This document shows, piece after piece, positions 38,242 through 49,135 of a stretch of 64,000 nt of DNA; positions within the stretch are counted from its first letter, which is position 1, and every line of letters starts with the position of its first letter. This DNA is from an uncultured delta proteobacterium. GTDB taxonomy: Bacteria > Myxococcota_A > Polyangia > Haliangiales > Haliangiaceae. Under the pieces are notes generated by a model. It saw nothing but the letters and a program-made list of their open reading frames with translations. It searched no databases and was not told where the DNA came from. The stretch covers positions 96,001 through 160,000 of the forward strand of contig CAWKDB010000010.1 of NCBI GenBank assembly GCA_963848295.1, written 5' to 3'. The position numbers were made by a program, and so were the translations under genes.

Positions 38242-40209
38242 ATGAGCGAACTTGCCGCGGTCACGATCACCCTTCCCGACGGAGCCCAGAAGACCGTGGC
38301 GGCCGGGACGACGATCGCCGACTTCGTGCGCGAGCAGATCGGGCCCGGGCTCGCGAAGGCCGCGCTCGCCGCAAAGCTCGATGGCGTCGAGGTCGATCTC
38401 AGCCGCACGCTCGATCGCTCGGGCCAGCTCGCGATCGTCACGGCGAAGAACCCCGAGGCGCTCGACCTCGTGCGCCACGATGCCGCGCACATCGTCGCGA
38501 GCGTCGTCCAGAAGCTGTTCCCCGGCACCCAGGTCACGATCGGCCCGACCACCGAAGACGGCTTCTACTACGACTTCGCGCGCGACAAGCCGTTCACGCC
38601 GGAGGATCTCGAGCTGATCGAGAAGGCCGCGAACGAGGAGGTCCGCGCCGATCACAAGTTCGTGCGCAAAGAGGTCACGAAGGACGAGGCGCTCGCTCTG
38701 TTCGGCAAGCTCGGCGAGAAGTTCAAGCTCGAGATCATCGAGGACATCTTCGGCAAGGGCGCGACCACGCTGACCTTGTACTCGCACGGCGATTGGACCG
38801 ACTTCTGCCTCGGGCCGCACGGGCCGTCGACCGGTCGGGTCGGCGTCATCAAGCTGCTGTCGGTCGCCGGCGCCTACTGGCGCGGCGATCATCGCAACGC
38901 GCAGCTCCAGCGGATCTACGGCACCGCGTTCTTCACGCAGAAAGAGCTCGATGCGTGGACGACCCAGCAAGAAGAGGCGCGCAAGCGCGATCACCGCAAG
39001 CTCGGCAAGGAGCTCGATCTGTTCGCGTTCCATCCCGCGGCGCCCGGTGCGGTGTTCTGGATGGCGCACGGCACGGTGATCTTCACGCAGCTCCAGACCG
39101 CGATGCGCCGGATGTGCCTCGCGAACGGCTACGTCGAGGTCAAGACGCCGCTGCTCTACAACAAGTCGCTGTGGGAGAAGAGCGGCCACTGGGGCAAGTA
39201 CCGCGAGAACATGTTCCTCATCCTCGATCCCGAGGCGCCGCCCGACGCTTCGCTCGACGACCGCGCGAGCTTTTCGTTGAAGCCGATGAATTGCCCCTCG
39301 CATCACCTGTTGTTCGAGATGAAGCGCAGGTCGTATCGCGAGCTGCCGCTGCGCCTGCATAGCCAAGACGTCTTGCATCGCAACGAGCCGACCGGCGTGC
39401 TGTCGGGGCTCACGCGCGTGCGCCAGTTCCAGCAAGACGACGCACACATCTACCTGATGGAGTCGCAGATCACCGACGAGGTGAAGCGGCTCACCCAGCT
39501 GATCGCGAAGGTCTACGGCGCGTTCGACCTCGAGTTCACCGCGAAGTTCGCGACCCGGCCGCCGAACAAGCTCGGCGATGACGCGCTGTGGGACAAGGCC
39601 GAAGGCGCGCTCAAGGCCGCGCTGGTCGAGACCGGCCTGCCGTACGAGGAGAAGCCGGGCGACGGCGCTTTCTATGGCCCGAAGATCGACTTCGACGTCG
39701 CCGATTCGATCGGGCGCAAGTGGCAGCTCGGGACGATCCAGCTCGACTACCTCGCGCCCGAGCGGTTCAATCTCGGCTACATCGGGCCCGACAACGTCGA
39801 GCACCGGCCGGTCGTGATCCATCGCGCGATCTACGGATCGTTCGAGCGGTTCATCGGCATCTTGATCGAGCACTACGCCGGCAACTTCCCGGTCTGGCTC
39901 GCGCCCGAGCAAGCGCGCATCCTGCCGGTCGCCGAGCGCCACCACGGGTGGGCCGAACACGTCGCCGAGACGATGCGCGCCCAGGGGCTGCGCGTCGAGA
40001 TCGACCGCTCGCAGAGCAAGCTCGGCGCGATGATCCGCGATGCGCAGCTCGCGAAGATCCCCTACGCGCTGGTCGTCGGCGACAAAGAGGTCGAGGCGAA
40101 GGGCGTGTCGCCGCGCAAGCACGGCACGGGAAAAGAAGCCGACCTCGGGTTGTTGGCCCTCGAGGCCTTTGTCACGCGGATCGCGGCCGAAGCGGCGATT
40201 CCGTTCTGA
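38242..40209 (+). CDS. thrS: Threonine--tRNA ligase
   Basis: TGS domain, [61 protein letters not shown]. Confidence 0.98.
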   Translation: MSELAAVTITLPDGAQKTVAAGTTIADFVREQIGPGLAKAALAAKLDGVEVDLSRTLDRSGQLAIVTAKNPEALDLVRHDAAHIVASVVQKLFPGTQVTIGPTTEDGFYYDFARDKPFTPEDLELIEKAANEEVRADHKFVRKEVTKDEALALFGKLGEKFKLEIIEDIFGKGATTLTLYSHGDWTDFCLGPHGPSTGRVGVIKLLSVAGAYWRGDHRNAQLQRIYGTAFFTQKELDAWTTQQEEARKRDHRKLGKELDLFAFHPAAPGAVFWMAHGTVIFTQLQTAMRRMCLANGYVEVKTPLLYNKSLWEKSGHWGKYRENMFLILDPEAPPDASLDDRASFSLKPMNCPSHHLLFEMKRRSYRELPLRLHSQDVLHRNEPTGVLSGLTRVRQFQQDDAHIYLMESQITDEVKRLTQLIAKVYGAFDLEFTAKFATRPPNKLGDDALWDKAEGALKAALVETGLPYEEKPGDGAFYGPKIDFDVADSIGRKWQLGTIQLDYLAPERFNLGYIGPDNVEHRPVVIHRAIYGSFERFIGILIEHYAGNFPVWLAPEQARILPVAERHHGWAEHVAETMRAQGLRVEIDRSQSKLGAMIRDAQLAKIPYALVVGDKEVEAKGVSPRKHGTGKEADLGLLALEAFVTRIAAEAAIPF

Positions 40210-40217
40210 CCTCGCAA

Positions 40218-40859
40218 TCAGCCGCGGCTCGCGCCCGGCGGAACTCCGCCGACGAGCTCGTCGTCGCGCAGCGCGCCGCGCGACCACAACGTGCGGCTGA
40301 CCATGACGCGAAACACGTCGAGCATCGCCGCCTCGACGCGCTCGCCCGCGTCGCCCTCGAGCACGCGCAACGCTCGCGCGATCGCTTCGAGCGTCGCGAG
40401 CCCACCCTGCTTCGGCTCGGCGCGCAGTCGATATTCGGTCGCGCGCGGATCGTCGAGCGTGACCTGGCGCGCGCGTTCGAGCCCGGGCACGCGCTTGGCC
40501 ATCTTCGCGGCCTGGCGCCAGTTGCCGTCCGGAACGATCAGCATCCAGCGCTCGGCCGGCGCCTCTGCGATCGCGTGCGCGAGTGGCACGGCATCGTCGC
40601 CGGGATAGAGCAGCAACGCGCGCGCGGTCGCAGGCACCGTCACCGGCCGATCGCGCTCGCCGATGATCGCGACGCGACTGTCGACGACGCAGCGCGCGGC
40701 GAGCACGCCGGTGTTCGTCGGCTTGCGCGCCTCGCGATAGTGCAAGAGCACGACGAGCTGGGTCCGCGTCACGAGCCGCGGGATCAGCGTGCACACGCAC
40801 AAGCCGGCGAGCATCCGGCACTCGGGACAACGCGCATCGCGGTGAGCGCGCCGACTCAT
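40218..40859 (-). CDS. DTW-domain protein (tRNA acp3U transferase family)
   Basis: RCPECRM..LCVC, LHYREARKPTNTG, IVPDGNWRQA, EYRLR, LATLEAI. Confidence 0.88.
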   Translation of the reverse strand: MSRRAHRDARCPECRMLAGLCVCTLIPRLVTRTQLVVLLHYREARKPTNTGVLAARCVVDSRVAIIGERDRPVTVPATARALLLYPGDDAVPLAHAIAEAPAERWMLIVPDGNWRQAAKMAKRVPGLERARQVTLDDPRATEYRLRAEPKQGGLATLEAIARALRVLEGDAGERVEAAMLDVFRVMVSRTLWSRGALRDDELVGGVPPGASRG

Positions 40860-40881
40860 CGCCGCAATGATATATGAACGC

Positions 40882-41229
40882 ATGATGCTGCGCTGGCTCG
40901 TGCTCTCGGTCGCCGTCGCTTGCGGCTCTACCCGCGTCGCGACTCCGCCCGCGCCGCCACCGCACGAGCCGCCCGCCGAGCCACCGCCGTCGTGCCCGCC
41001 GGGCCAGTTCGTCGACGACGTCACGGACGGCATGGTGAATCCCGACGGGACGCAGACTCGGAGCACCAACTGCCGGTCCTTCCCGGAACCCTGCGCCGCG
41101 ACGCCGACCTGCGACTGCATGAAGACGCTCGGCTACTCGATGTGCAGTGACGACGGCCATGGCCTGCTCAAGATCATCGAGCTGCGGCCGTCGGTGGCAC
41201 CTGCCCCGCCGGGACCACCTCGGCGGTGA
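40882..41229 (+). CDS. Small Cys-rich lipoprotein
   Basis: AVAC lipobox; CRSFPEPCAATPTCDC. Confidence 0.7.
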   Translation: MMLRWLVLSVAVACGSTRVATPPAPPPHEPPAEPPPSCPPGQFVDDVTDGMVNPDGTQTRSTNCRSFPEPCAATPTCDCMKTLGYSMCSDDGHGLLKIIELRPSVAPAPPGPPRR

Positions 41230-41299
41230 CTTGTTCGGCGGGCGATCGCCGCGGCGATTGTCGATCCGCGCCAGCCGGGACCGCGCCATACTCCGAGAC

Positions 41300-42406
41300 G
41301 TGCGTGGCGTTCTCATGTTGTTGGTCGCAGGCGCCGGCTGTGGACATCCGGCACCCGCCGGCGGTGATGGCTCCGGCAGTGAGATCGACGGCGGGATTCC
41401 GATCGACGTGCCGTTCCACGGTCCGATGGGCCCGGCCGGTCACTCGCAGCTCACGGTGAGCGGGCTCACCGCCGGTGCTGCGCTCGTCGATTTTCCGCTG
41501 CTCGTCGTGCTCGACGACGCGCGCGCAGACCTCGCGGCGATGGCATCGGATGCGTCGGACGTGCGGTTCTACGACGACGGTGGCAACGTGCTGGCGAGCG
41601 AGATCGAGCAAGCGGGCGATCCGGGCGTCGCGCCGCTCGTCGCGTGGGTGCGGATGCCCTCGCTCGTCGCGGGTACGACGCTGACCGTGAGCTATGGCGC
41701 GCCCGCGACCGACACCTCGGCGAGCTCGGTGTGGAGCGACGCGTACCTCGCAGTGTGGCACCTGTCTGACTCCGGCGTGGCGCACGATTCGACGAGCCAT
41801 CACTTCGATGGCACGCCGAACGGGACGAAGCGAGCCACCGGTCAGATCGGCGGCGGCCGCGCGTTCGCGAGCGCGAGCCCGGATTGGATCACGGTCACGA
41901 GCGGCACGGCGCTGACGACGGCGGTGCTCACGATGTCGGCGTGGATCGACCCGAAGATCGCACCGCCGACCTACTTCGTCGCGGTGTCGCGCGAGGCCGG
42001 CAGCGGGGACGACAACGCGCTGTGGCTCGGCGAGGGCAATGGCGCGCTCGCCGAGGCCTCGACCTCGAACAGCGGCGATGTGTCGATCGAAGGACCGGCG
42101 ATCGCGACGTCGCACTGGACACATCTCGCCGCGACGGTCGACGGCACGACCGGCGTGTTGTATGTCGATGCGACCTCGGTCGGCTCCGCTTCACTCGTCG
42201 GCTCGCTGATCAACGACCCGCTGCCGATCTTTCTCGGCGCCGCGCGCGATGGCGACGCTGCTGCGGGCATGCCCGACCACGACTTCGTCGACGGCACGCT
42301 CGACGAGATCCGGCTCGAGAACGTGGTGCGCCCGGCCGCCTGGCTGGTCGCCGACGACGCCGCGCAGCGCGATCGGTTGATCACGTACGGCGCGATCGAG
42401 CACTGA
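41300..42406 (+). CDS. DUF2341 + LamG-like domain lipoprotein
   Basis: LVDFPLLVVL, DVRFYD, LASEIE, AWVRMP, VWHLSD, WTHLAAT, GTLDEIRL. Confidence 0.85.
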   Translation: MRGVLMLLVAGAGCGHPAPAGGDGSGSEIDGGIPIDVPFHGPMGPAGHSQLTVSGLTAGAALVDFPLLVVLDDARADLAAMASDASDVRFYDDGGNVLASEIEQAGDPGVAPLVAWVRMPSLVAGTTLTVSYGAPATDTSASSVWSDAYLAVWHLSDSGVAHDSTSHHFDGTPNGTKRATGQIGGGRAFASASPDWITVTSGTALTTAVLTMSAWIDPKIAPPTYFVAVSREAGSGDDNALWLGEGNGALAEASTSNSGDVSIEGPAIATSHWTHLAATVDGTTGVLYVDATSVGSASLVGSLINDPLPIFLGAARDGDAAAGMPDHDFVDGTLDEIRLENVVRPAAWLVADDAAQRDRLITYGAIEH

Positions 42407-42520
42407 CCTGCGGATTGCGCTACGCCGTGCGCGCGCGCTCGCTGCGCGATCACGCCACGAGCCGGCCGGGAATTTTGCCAGGGCTCGCGGAGGTCTAGCG
42501 GGTGCACAAGGAGGTCTGCC

Positions 42521-43078
42521 ATGCGACGACGAATGCTCGGACTGTTACTAGCCGGGTTGACGGCGGCGCCGCTCGTAGCTGTTGCTGGTCCCAATCCAGC
42601 GCCGAGCGACACACCGACCCGACATGAATTTCATTGGTCGTATACCTCGGAGCGCGGGCGACTCGGGGTCGCCCTGATCGGCATCACCGGCGAGCTGCGC
42701 GCCCACTATGGTGCACCGGCCGATCGCGGCTTGCTCGTCGGCCGCGTCGTCCGCGACTCGGCCGCCGCGCGCGCCGGACTTCACGTCGGCGATGTCATCA
42801 CCGCGGTCGCGAATCGACCGACCCACGATGCGGGAGACGTGCTCGCGGTCGTAGAGCACGCGCCGAAAGGCAACAAGATCGCGATCGACATCATGCGCGA
42901 CGGCAAGCCGCTCCAGCTCGAAGCGACGCTGACCGACGATCCGATCGCCGGGGCTGCCACATTCGACTCGTCGATTCCGGACATGCAGGGCATGTGGCGC
43001 GACCTGATGAAGGACATGCCGGGCTGGATGAGCCCGTGGTCGGCCACGCCGCCGCGGCCCGCTGGCCACCGTACCTAG
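42521..43078 (+). CDS. Secreted PDZ-domain protein
   Basis: AGGAGG RBS, signal peptide, GRLGV..ITGELRAHYG, SAAARAGLHVGDVITAV; possible RpoE-type promoter GGAATTT-N17-GTCTAG at 42469-42498. Confidence 0.88.
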   Translation: MRRRMLGLLLAGLTAAPLVAVAGPNPAPSDTPTRHEFHWSYTSERGRLGVALIGITGELRAHYGAPADRGLLVGRVVRDSAAARAGLHVGDVITAVANRPTHDAGDVLAVVEHAPKGNKIAIDIMRDGKPLQLEATLTDDPIAGAATFDSSIPDMQGMWRDLMKDMPGWMSPWSATPPRPAGHRT

Positions 43079-44115
43079 TACGCGCCGGCCAGCAACTCGC
43101 GAATCGCCGCGCGATCGAACGCGCGCGGGTTGCGATACGGCGATGCGACGACCAACTCCGCAGCGCGATCGAGCGCGTCTTCGGCGAGCCCGAGCGCGCG
43201 TAGCCGCGTCGGTGCGCCGAGCCGCCGGGCGAGGTCCGCGAGCCCGGTCGCTGGATCGGCGGTGCCGAGTGCGCGAGCGATCCGCGCCATCGCATCGGGC
43301 GCCGCCGCGGCGTTGAACGCCACGACGTGCGGCAAGACCACCGCGTGGGTCTCGGCGTGCGGCAAGCCGAAGCTCCCGCCGAGCACGTGACACAGCTGGT
43401 GGTGCAGCCCCATCGCGACCGTACCGAGCACGGTGCCGCATGCCCACGCGCCGAACAGCGCGTCACCGCGCGCGTCGCGATCGTCGAGCCGTCGCGCGAT
43501 CGCGGGGAGCGAACGGGCGAGCGCCGCGATGCCCTGCTCGGCGAGCGCCGCGGTCACCGGATTGCCATCGTGCGCGTACAGCCCTTCGACCGCGTGCGCG
43601 ATCGCGTTGAGCCCGGAGGTCGCGCTCAGCGCGCGCGGCAAGGTCAGGGTCAGCACCACGTCGTAGACGATCGTCTCGGGTAGGACCTTCGGATCGCGCA
43701 GCGTCGTCTTGCGCCCAGCTTCGCTCTGACCGAGCACCGAGGTCGCCTCTGACCCCGCGTACGTCGTCGGCACCGCGACCTGCGCCAGATCGGTGCGATA
43801 GGCGATCGCCTTGCCGAGCCCGATCGTCGAGCCGCCGCCGAGCGCGACCAGACAATCGCCGCCGCGTTCGCGCACGTAGCCGACCGCTCGTTCGGTGACC
43901 TCGACCGGCGTGTGCATCACGGCCTCGGCGAACAGGCCGGCCCCGCCGATCTGCGTGCACAACGCCGCGCCCGCCTCGCGCTGTTGCGCGGTCGCCAGCA
44001 CGATCGGCCGCACGCCGCCGAGCCGCGTGACCTCGTCGCCGACCTGCGCGAGCGTGCCTTCGCCGAACACGACGCGCGCCGGCGAGCCGGCATACGTGAA
44101 CGCGGGCGTCGTCAC
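43075..44115 (-). CDS. Maleylacetate reductase (Fe-ADH family)
   Basis: RVVFGEG, AVMHTPVEVT, GGGSTIGLGKA, PTTYAGSE, NAIAHAVE, GLHHQLCHVLGG, PHAETH. Confidence 0.92.
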   Translation of the reverse strand: MTTPAFTYAGSPARVVFGEGTLAQVGDEVTRLGGVRPIVLATAQQREAGAALCTQIGGAGLFAEAVMHTPVEVTERAVGYVRERGGDCLVALGGGSTIGLGKAIAYRTDLAQVAVPTTYAGSEATSVLGQSEAGRKTTLRDPKVLPETIVYDVVLTLTLPRALSATSGLNAIAHAVEGLYAHDGNPVTAALAEQGIAALARSLPAIARRLDDRDARGDALFGAWACGTVLGTVAMGLHHQLCHVLGGSFGLPHAETHAVVLPHVVAFNAAAAPDAMARIARALGTADPATGLADLARRLGAPTRLRALGLAEDALDRAAELVVASPYRNPRAFDRAAIRELLAGAY

Positions 44116-44144
44116 GAGCGCAGCTTACCGGACACCGCGATCGG

Positions 44145-45746
44145 TTACTTGCCCGAGATCGAGCTCAGCAGCGTCGCGTATTGGGTCGAGTACGCGCCGG
44201 GCGGCGTCGAGCACGCGCTGCCGGTGACCGGATTCGGATCGAACGCGTAGAACAGGTCGCACAGATAGATCTCGAACGCGGTCGCGCGATGGGCGATGCC
44301 GAACGGCACGGTCGTCGGCAAGAAGTCCGGCGTGCGCGCGCTGCCCGTGGTCGCGGTCGTCGTGGTCGTGGACGCGAACTGGAACGACGTCGGCGACACG
44401 ACCTTGATCGCGTACGAGCCATCATAACCGCCGGTGCCGCGAATCTCCGTCCAGCCACTGTTGCCGGGGTACAGGTCGAGCGCCCCGCCACACGCCGCGC
44501 CGCCGTCGAGCGCGGTGCAGTTGCCGACGCACGTCGCGGTCGCGACGTGGCCGTCGCCGGTGATCGACATCAGTCGATAGTCCGGCGTCGTGGTCGGACA
44601 CGTCGTTTGCAACACGAGAGGAACATGCGCCGGAGCGCGCTCGAACTGACCGCACCAGTCGTCTCCACACAGGTTGCCGGCTGCAAGCTTCGCCGGGTCG
44701 GCGATGCTGAGCGACTCCATCCCGATGCCGACGCCCTCGGCGACTGCCGCCGCACCTTCGGCATCGGCGAGCGTGAAGTCGGTTTCGTCCGGCGGGCCGT
44801 TGTGCGCGTTGATCTCGAGACCGATGGTCGGGTGAGCACCGGCCATCGTCGCGACCATCGGGGCGATGTAGTCCGTCACGAAGATGTCCTTCGTGTAGCC
44901 GCCCGGATCCGCGGCGAGTCCATTGGGGCCCGGCCACACGTCTTGGCAGAACAACTGGGTCTCGCCGCCCGCGGTCATGCCAAATCGCGCGTACCCGACG
45001 TGCGGCGCAAGCGTCGGACCATCGCCGTCGCCAGCCGGCGAATAGTGCCTGATCACGTTGGCGACGAAGTTCTCGTACGCGGTCATGTACGGCTTCTCGT
45101 AGACGATGGGAAATCCGCTGTGGTCGGTCGAGGCCGCGCAGGTCCCGGCGGAGGCGGTGCAGCTGGTGCTGTTCCACACCGCGCTGACCGTCGCCGACCC
45201 ATGCACCGGGGCGTTCGCTCCGCCCGGCCATAGCCCGCACACGGAGAAGTCTTGCGGCGGCGAACCGAGGCTCGCTGCGTAGCTCGCCTCGAACACGTAG
45301 TCCGGCGTGCCGTCGTTGCCGTGACCGCCTTCGGGAACTCCGATCACGACGAGGTTGACGGTCAGGCCATGACTAGCGAGGTCGGCGACGCGCGCGTCGA
45401 ACGCCTGCCAGTCGCATGGCGTGCTCGAGCCTTCGACGCACGGTGCATCCCCGTGGTCGATCTGACTCCACAGCAAGAAGATGCTGACGCCGTTGACGTG
45501 AGGCGCTACGTACTTGATGAAGTCGCAGTACTGCGACGCACCATCGGCGACACCGATGCAGCCACCATCGGGCGCGACCAGGTTTGGCGCGAGCGCGTTG
45601 ATCGCGACGCCGCCGCTAGCGAGCCCCCCATCGATCGGACCATCTCCAGGCGGCGCGATGTCGACCGAGCCGCCATCTGGCTGACCGTGATGGAGATCGT
45701 TCTGCGAGCACGCGACGAGTGCGATGAGCGCGGCGGCTTTGTGCAT
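44145..45746 (-). CDS. Lipoprotein, possible glycoside-hydrolase-like TIM barrel
   Basis: LVAC lipobox; GVSIFLLWSQID..DWQAFD..TPDYVF..YENFVANVIRHY pattern. Confidence 0.65.
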   Translation of the reverse strand: MHKAAALIALVACSQNDLHHGQPDGGSVDIAPPGDGPIDGGLASGGVAINALAPNLVAPDGGCIGVADGASQYCDFIKYVAPHVNGVSIFLLWSQIDHGDAPCVEGSSTPCDWQAFDARVADLASHGLTVNLVVIGVPEGGHGNDGTPDYVFEASYAASLGSPPQDFSVCGLWPGGANAPVHGSATVSAVWNSTSCTASAGTCAASTDHSGFPIVYEKPYMTAYENFVANVIRHYSPAGDGDGPTLAPHVGYARFGMTAGGETQLFCQDVWPGPNGLAADPGGYTKDIFVTDYIAPMVATMAGAHPTIGLEINAHNGPPDETDFTLADAEGAAAVAEGVGIGMESLSIADPAKLAAGNLCGDDWCGQFERAPAHVPLVLQTTCPTTTPDYRLMSITGDGHVATATCVGNCTALDGGAACGGALDLYPGNSGWTEIRGTGGYDGSYAIKVVSPTSFQFASTTTTTATTGSARTPDFLPTTVPFGIAHRATAFEIYLCDLFYAFDPNPVTGSACSTPPGAYSTQYATLLSSISGK

Positions 45747-45853
45747 CCGCGATGTACGAGCAAGTGGCAGGCCGAGCGGGCGCGCCCTGCGATCGCGGAC
45801 GTAGCGCGCCCGATCGTCCGCTGGACCGGACAGGTGACGGCGCTGCCGGACGG

Positions 45854-47446
45854 CTATGGGCTGAGCCGAAGCGGGGTCGCGCTCGTGTCGTGCTCTGCGA
45901 CGTCGATGTCCACCGTCGACGTCGTGTTGTCGCTCCGCACCACCGTCAGCTTGTGGTGCCCGGTGGCGACCTCGATCTTGTTCGGCGCGTAGCCGCGTGA
46001 CTTTCCGTCGATCAGGATCTCGGCTCGGAGATCTGCGTCGCCGACCACTTGGACATAGCCGGTGGTCTGCGGTGGAGCGACGACCGGGGCATCGATGACG
46101 GCGATCGCGCGGCCGCCATCGCGACGATGATGGATCGCGGCATCGCGCAAGACGGCGGCATCGATCGCCACAGCCTGCGCGTCGGGCTCCGGCGTCGCAT
46201 CGACCGGCGGCGCGGGCAGATCGGTCAGCGCGAGATCGAGCGGCGCGCTGTCGCGGCCGGCGATCGCAAGCGGCGCGTGCGAGCCGTTGTTCGACGCGAC
46301 GAAGCGCCACCCGGCGTAGCCACCGGAGGCCGCGATCGCGACCGCGGCGAGCGCGATCAACCCGCGCGCACGACGCCGCAGAATCGGGCGAGCTCGCGAG
46401 GTCGCGGCATCTGGCGACGACCCGATCGCGGGTGGCAAGCCATCGGCTTTGGGCGGAGCAAGCTCGGTCTTGCGAAGCTCGTAGTGGGGCTCGGCTTCGC
46501 TGCCGCTGGTGGCGACGACCTCGAGGCCGAGGAGCTGATCGAGTGCGCCAGGCCTGGGTCGCTTGTCGTGCAGTGGCTCGAGAAACGTCCTCAGGCAGCT
46601 CCGCGGATCGCGGGTCAGCCGCGGCGCGAGCGCGGTACCGATCGCATCGGCGAGCTCTTCGGCGGTCGGGCGTGCCCGGCGCTCGGGTGCGACCGCGCGT
46701 GCGATCAGCGCCCTGATGTCGGGAGGGAGCTCGGCGTCGAGCGGCACCGGGACGCCGGCGAGCAGCTGGATCTCGACCGTGATGTCCTGCAGCGGCGTGT
46801 AACCGGCGATCAGCGCGTGCAGCATCAGCCCGAGCGCGAACACGTCGGCCCGGCCGTCGACCTCGGAGCGCGTACGTTGCTCGGGGGCAATGAACCCAGC
46901 GGTGCCCGGCACGATGCCAGCTTCGGTCACCGCGGCGCGATCGCGAGCGAGCGCGATGCCGAAGTCAGTGAGCTTGACGTCGCCGCCCCATGACACGAGC
47001 ACGTTCGATGGCTTGACGTCGCGATGCACGATACCGAGCGCGATCCCGGCGTCATCGCGAGCGGCGTGCGCGTGATCGAGTGCGTGCGCGACATCGGCCG
47101 CGATGATCAACGCGATCTCGAGCGGCAACTTCCCGCCCGCGGCGCTCTGCAGCTGTCGTGCGTCGATGCCGTCAACGAGCTCGAGCACCTGGAACGGCAG
47201 GCCATCGAGCAACCCGACATCGGTGATCGCGACGATGTTCGCGTGATGTAACCTGCTCGCGATCCTCGCCTCGTCGAGAAAGCGCCGCGCGGCCGAGACG
47301 TCGGTCGCCGCCTCCCCGAGCATGCGCTTGATCGCGACCTTGCGCGCGAACCCCAGCTCGCCGACGAGCTCGGCCTCGAACACCTCGGCCATCCCGCCTT
47401 GGCCGAGACGGCGGGAGATCCGGTATCGGGCATTCCCGCTAGACAC
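45854..47446 (-). CDS. Ser/Thr protein kinase with TM and PEGA domain
   Basis: LGQGGMAEVF, VAIKR, HRDVKPSN, DFG, APE; TM; C-terminal ILIDGKSRGYAP. Confidence 0.93.
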   Translation of the reverse strand: MSSGNARYRISRRLGQGGMAEVFEAELVGELGFARKVAIKRMLGEAATDVSAARRFLDEARIASRLHHANIVAITDVGLLDGLPFQVLELVDGIDARQLQSAAGGKLPLEIALIIAADVAHALDHAHAARDDAGIALGIVHRDVKPSNVLVSWGGDVKLTDFGIALARDRAAVTEAGIVPGTAGFIAPEQRTRSEVDGRADVFALGLMLHALIAGYTPLQDITVEIQLLAGVPVPLDAELPPDIRALIARAVAPERRARPTAEELADAIGTALAPRLTRDPRSCLRTFLEPLHDKRPRPGALDQLLGLEVVATSGSEAEPHYELRKTELAPPKADGLPPAIGSSPDAATSRARPILRRRARGLIALAAVAIAASGGYAGWRFVASNNGSHAPLAIAGRDSAPLDLALTDLPAPPVDATPEPDAQAVAIDAAVLRDAAIHHRRDGGRAIAVIDAPVVAPPQTTGYVQVVGDADLRAEILIDGKSRGYAPNKIEVATGHHKLTVVRSDNTTSTVDIDVAEHDTSATPLRLSP

Positions 47447-47480
47447 GTCGCGCTCAGGCTATCATCAGACCCGATCTGCG

Positions 47481-48524
47481 ATGACCACGCTCCGCGCTGC
47501 CGTAGTCTCGCTCCTGATCGCCGCGTGCGGGGCGAGCTCCGCGCATCCGATTCCGATCGCCGTGGTGGTCGACGGCGATCCGGCCGCGGTCGGCGACTTG
47601 CCGAGGGTCGATGGCCTCGAGTTACGGCGCGTCGCCCTGCCCGCGCCGGCGCAAGCCGGGACTCACGACAGCGAACCGACCGTCGCGCTCGCGCGCAAAG
47701 CCTACGTCGCGGGCGACTTCGCGACCTGCCGGACCATACTCGCCGCGATCGACATTCCCGCCGAGCTTGCCGCAGGCGAACGCTCGCTCGCATCACGGGC
47801 ACTGACGCTCGCGACCGCGTGTGCGTTCGGGGCCGCTGCGAAATCCGATGCGATGACGACCGCAGCGCAGCTCGCGAGCTACGGGCTCGAGTTGCCGAGC
47901 GCCACGGTTTCGCCCGATGTCGAGACCCTGATCGGTAACGCGATCGAAGCCGCCGGCTCCGCCGCGCGCGGTCAGCTCGCGGTCAGTGGCGTGGTCGGCG
48001 CGCGACTTTCGGTCGATGGGTTGCCGGCCTGCGCGCTGCCCTGCACGATCCCGCTCGCCCGCGGTGACCATGTCGTCGCGGTCGCCGCCGACGGTTATGC
48101 GCCGGCAACACGGACTGTCCGGATCCCGGACGAAACCACCATCGCGATCGCGCAAGCCGTCGCGTCACCCGAGCTCGCGGCGAATCAATGGCGCGCGCGC
48201 ATGGCTCGCGGTGCGCCGGTGGGCGACCCGGTCGGCGCGGCCCTGCTCGGCGCGATCGGTCGCGATCGCCGCGTCGCGTACGTCCACGGCGATCGCGTGT
48301 TGACCGGCGAGCTCGTTGTCGATGGCAAGCTCGCCGCGACGGCCGAAGCGGGCCACGGGCGCAGCGCAGCGCTCGTGAGAGAGCTCGCGTACGACGCGCG
48401 CGTCTTGCATCGCCCGCCGGTCTGGCAACGACCATGGTTCCTGATCGCGGTGACCGGCGTCGCGCTCGCCGCGGTCGCCGCGACCCTGTACGTCAACCGG
48501 CCGACCGAGATCGTGGTGCGATGA
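47481..48524 (+). CDS. PEGA-like domain lipoprotein
   Basis: IAAC lipobox; ARLSVDG..GDHVVAVAADGY; C-terminal PVWQRPWF anchor. Confidence 0.78.
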   Translation: MTTLRAAVVSLLIAACGASSAHPIPIAVVVDGDPAAVGDLPRVDGLELRRVALPAPAQAGTHDSEPTVALARKAYVAGDFATCRTILAAIDIPAELAAGERSLASRALTLATACAFGAAAKSDAMTTAAQLASYGLELPSATVSPDVETLIGNAIEAAGSAARGQLAVSGVVGARLSVDGLPACALPCTIPLARGDHVVAVAADGYAPATRTVRIPDETTIAIAQAVASPELAANQWRARMARGAPVGDPVGAALLGAIGRDRRVAYVHGDRVLTGELVVDGKLAATAEAGHGRSAALVRELAYDARVLHRPPVWQRPWFLIAVTGVALAAVAATLYVNRPTEIVVR

Positions 48525-49135
48525 GGCGAATCCTCGTGTTCGCTCTGCTCGCTGCGTGCTCGCGCGACCACGACGTGACGCTCGAGATCGTCGCATCGAA
48601 CGGCAACGTCGACCCGGGATACACCTGCACCGATCCCACGGGCGTACCAATCTTCGCGCATTCGATGCAGAGCGATGGCGACTACCACTTCCAGGTGTTG
48701 CTCGACGTGTTCGAGATCCCGGATGCGAGAGGCCAGTGCCTCGCACAGACCCTTGCCGACGCCTGTGCGGAGACGGGCTGCCCGAATGTGGCGTCGAGCT
48801 GCATCGACCTCGTCGTCAGCTCGCCGACCACCGTGGAATACGACGTCGGTAACGCGATCGATGCCGCGCTGGCGGCCAAGAGCCCGCTGTTTAGTGACCT
48901 GCCCGATTCGGTCGTGTCGATCCGCGCGGTGTTCGCCCTCGGCAACTGCGGAGATCCGGCCGCGCTCACCGTGTTGGGTTGCGGCTACACCTGTCCCCAG
49001 AGCCTGGAGAATGCACCGTCCACGCTCGATCTCGAATACGAGGATGCACTCGGCCTCGAAGGCAGCGGTAGCTCGGCAGCCTGTCGCACCAAGATCGGCG
49101 ACTGCGCCGATTTCACCGGCGCGGAGACGAACTAG
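48521..49135 (+). CDS. Cys-rich lipoprotein
   Basis: MRRILVFALLAAC; ATGA coupling. Confidence 0.78.
   Translation: MRRILVFALLAACSRDHDVTLEIVASNGNVDPGYTCTDPTGVPIFAHSMQSDGDYHFQVLLDVFEIPDARGQCLAQTLADACAETGCPNVASSCIDLVVSSPTTVEYDVGNAIDAALAAKSPLFSDLPDSVVSIRAVFALGNCGDPAALTVLGCGYTCPQSLENAPSTLDLEYEDALGLEGSGSSAACRTKIGDCADFTGAETN

Noticed and set aside
43075..44115. Chloroaromatic degradation cluster
   Set aside because: Only maleylacetate reductase is present; no dioxygenase or other pathway genes nearby
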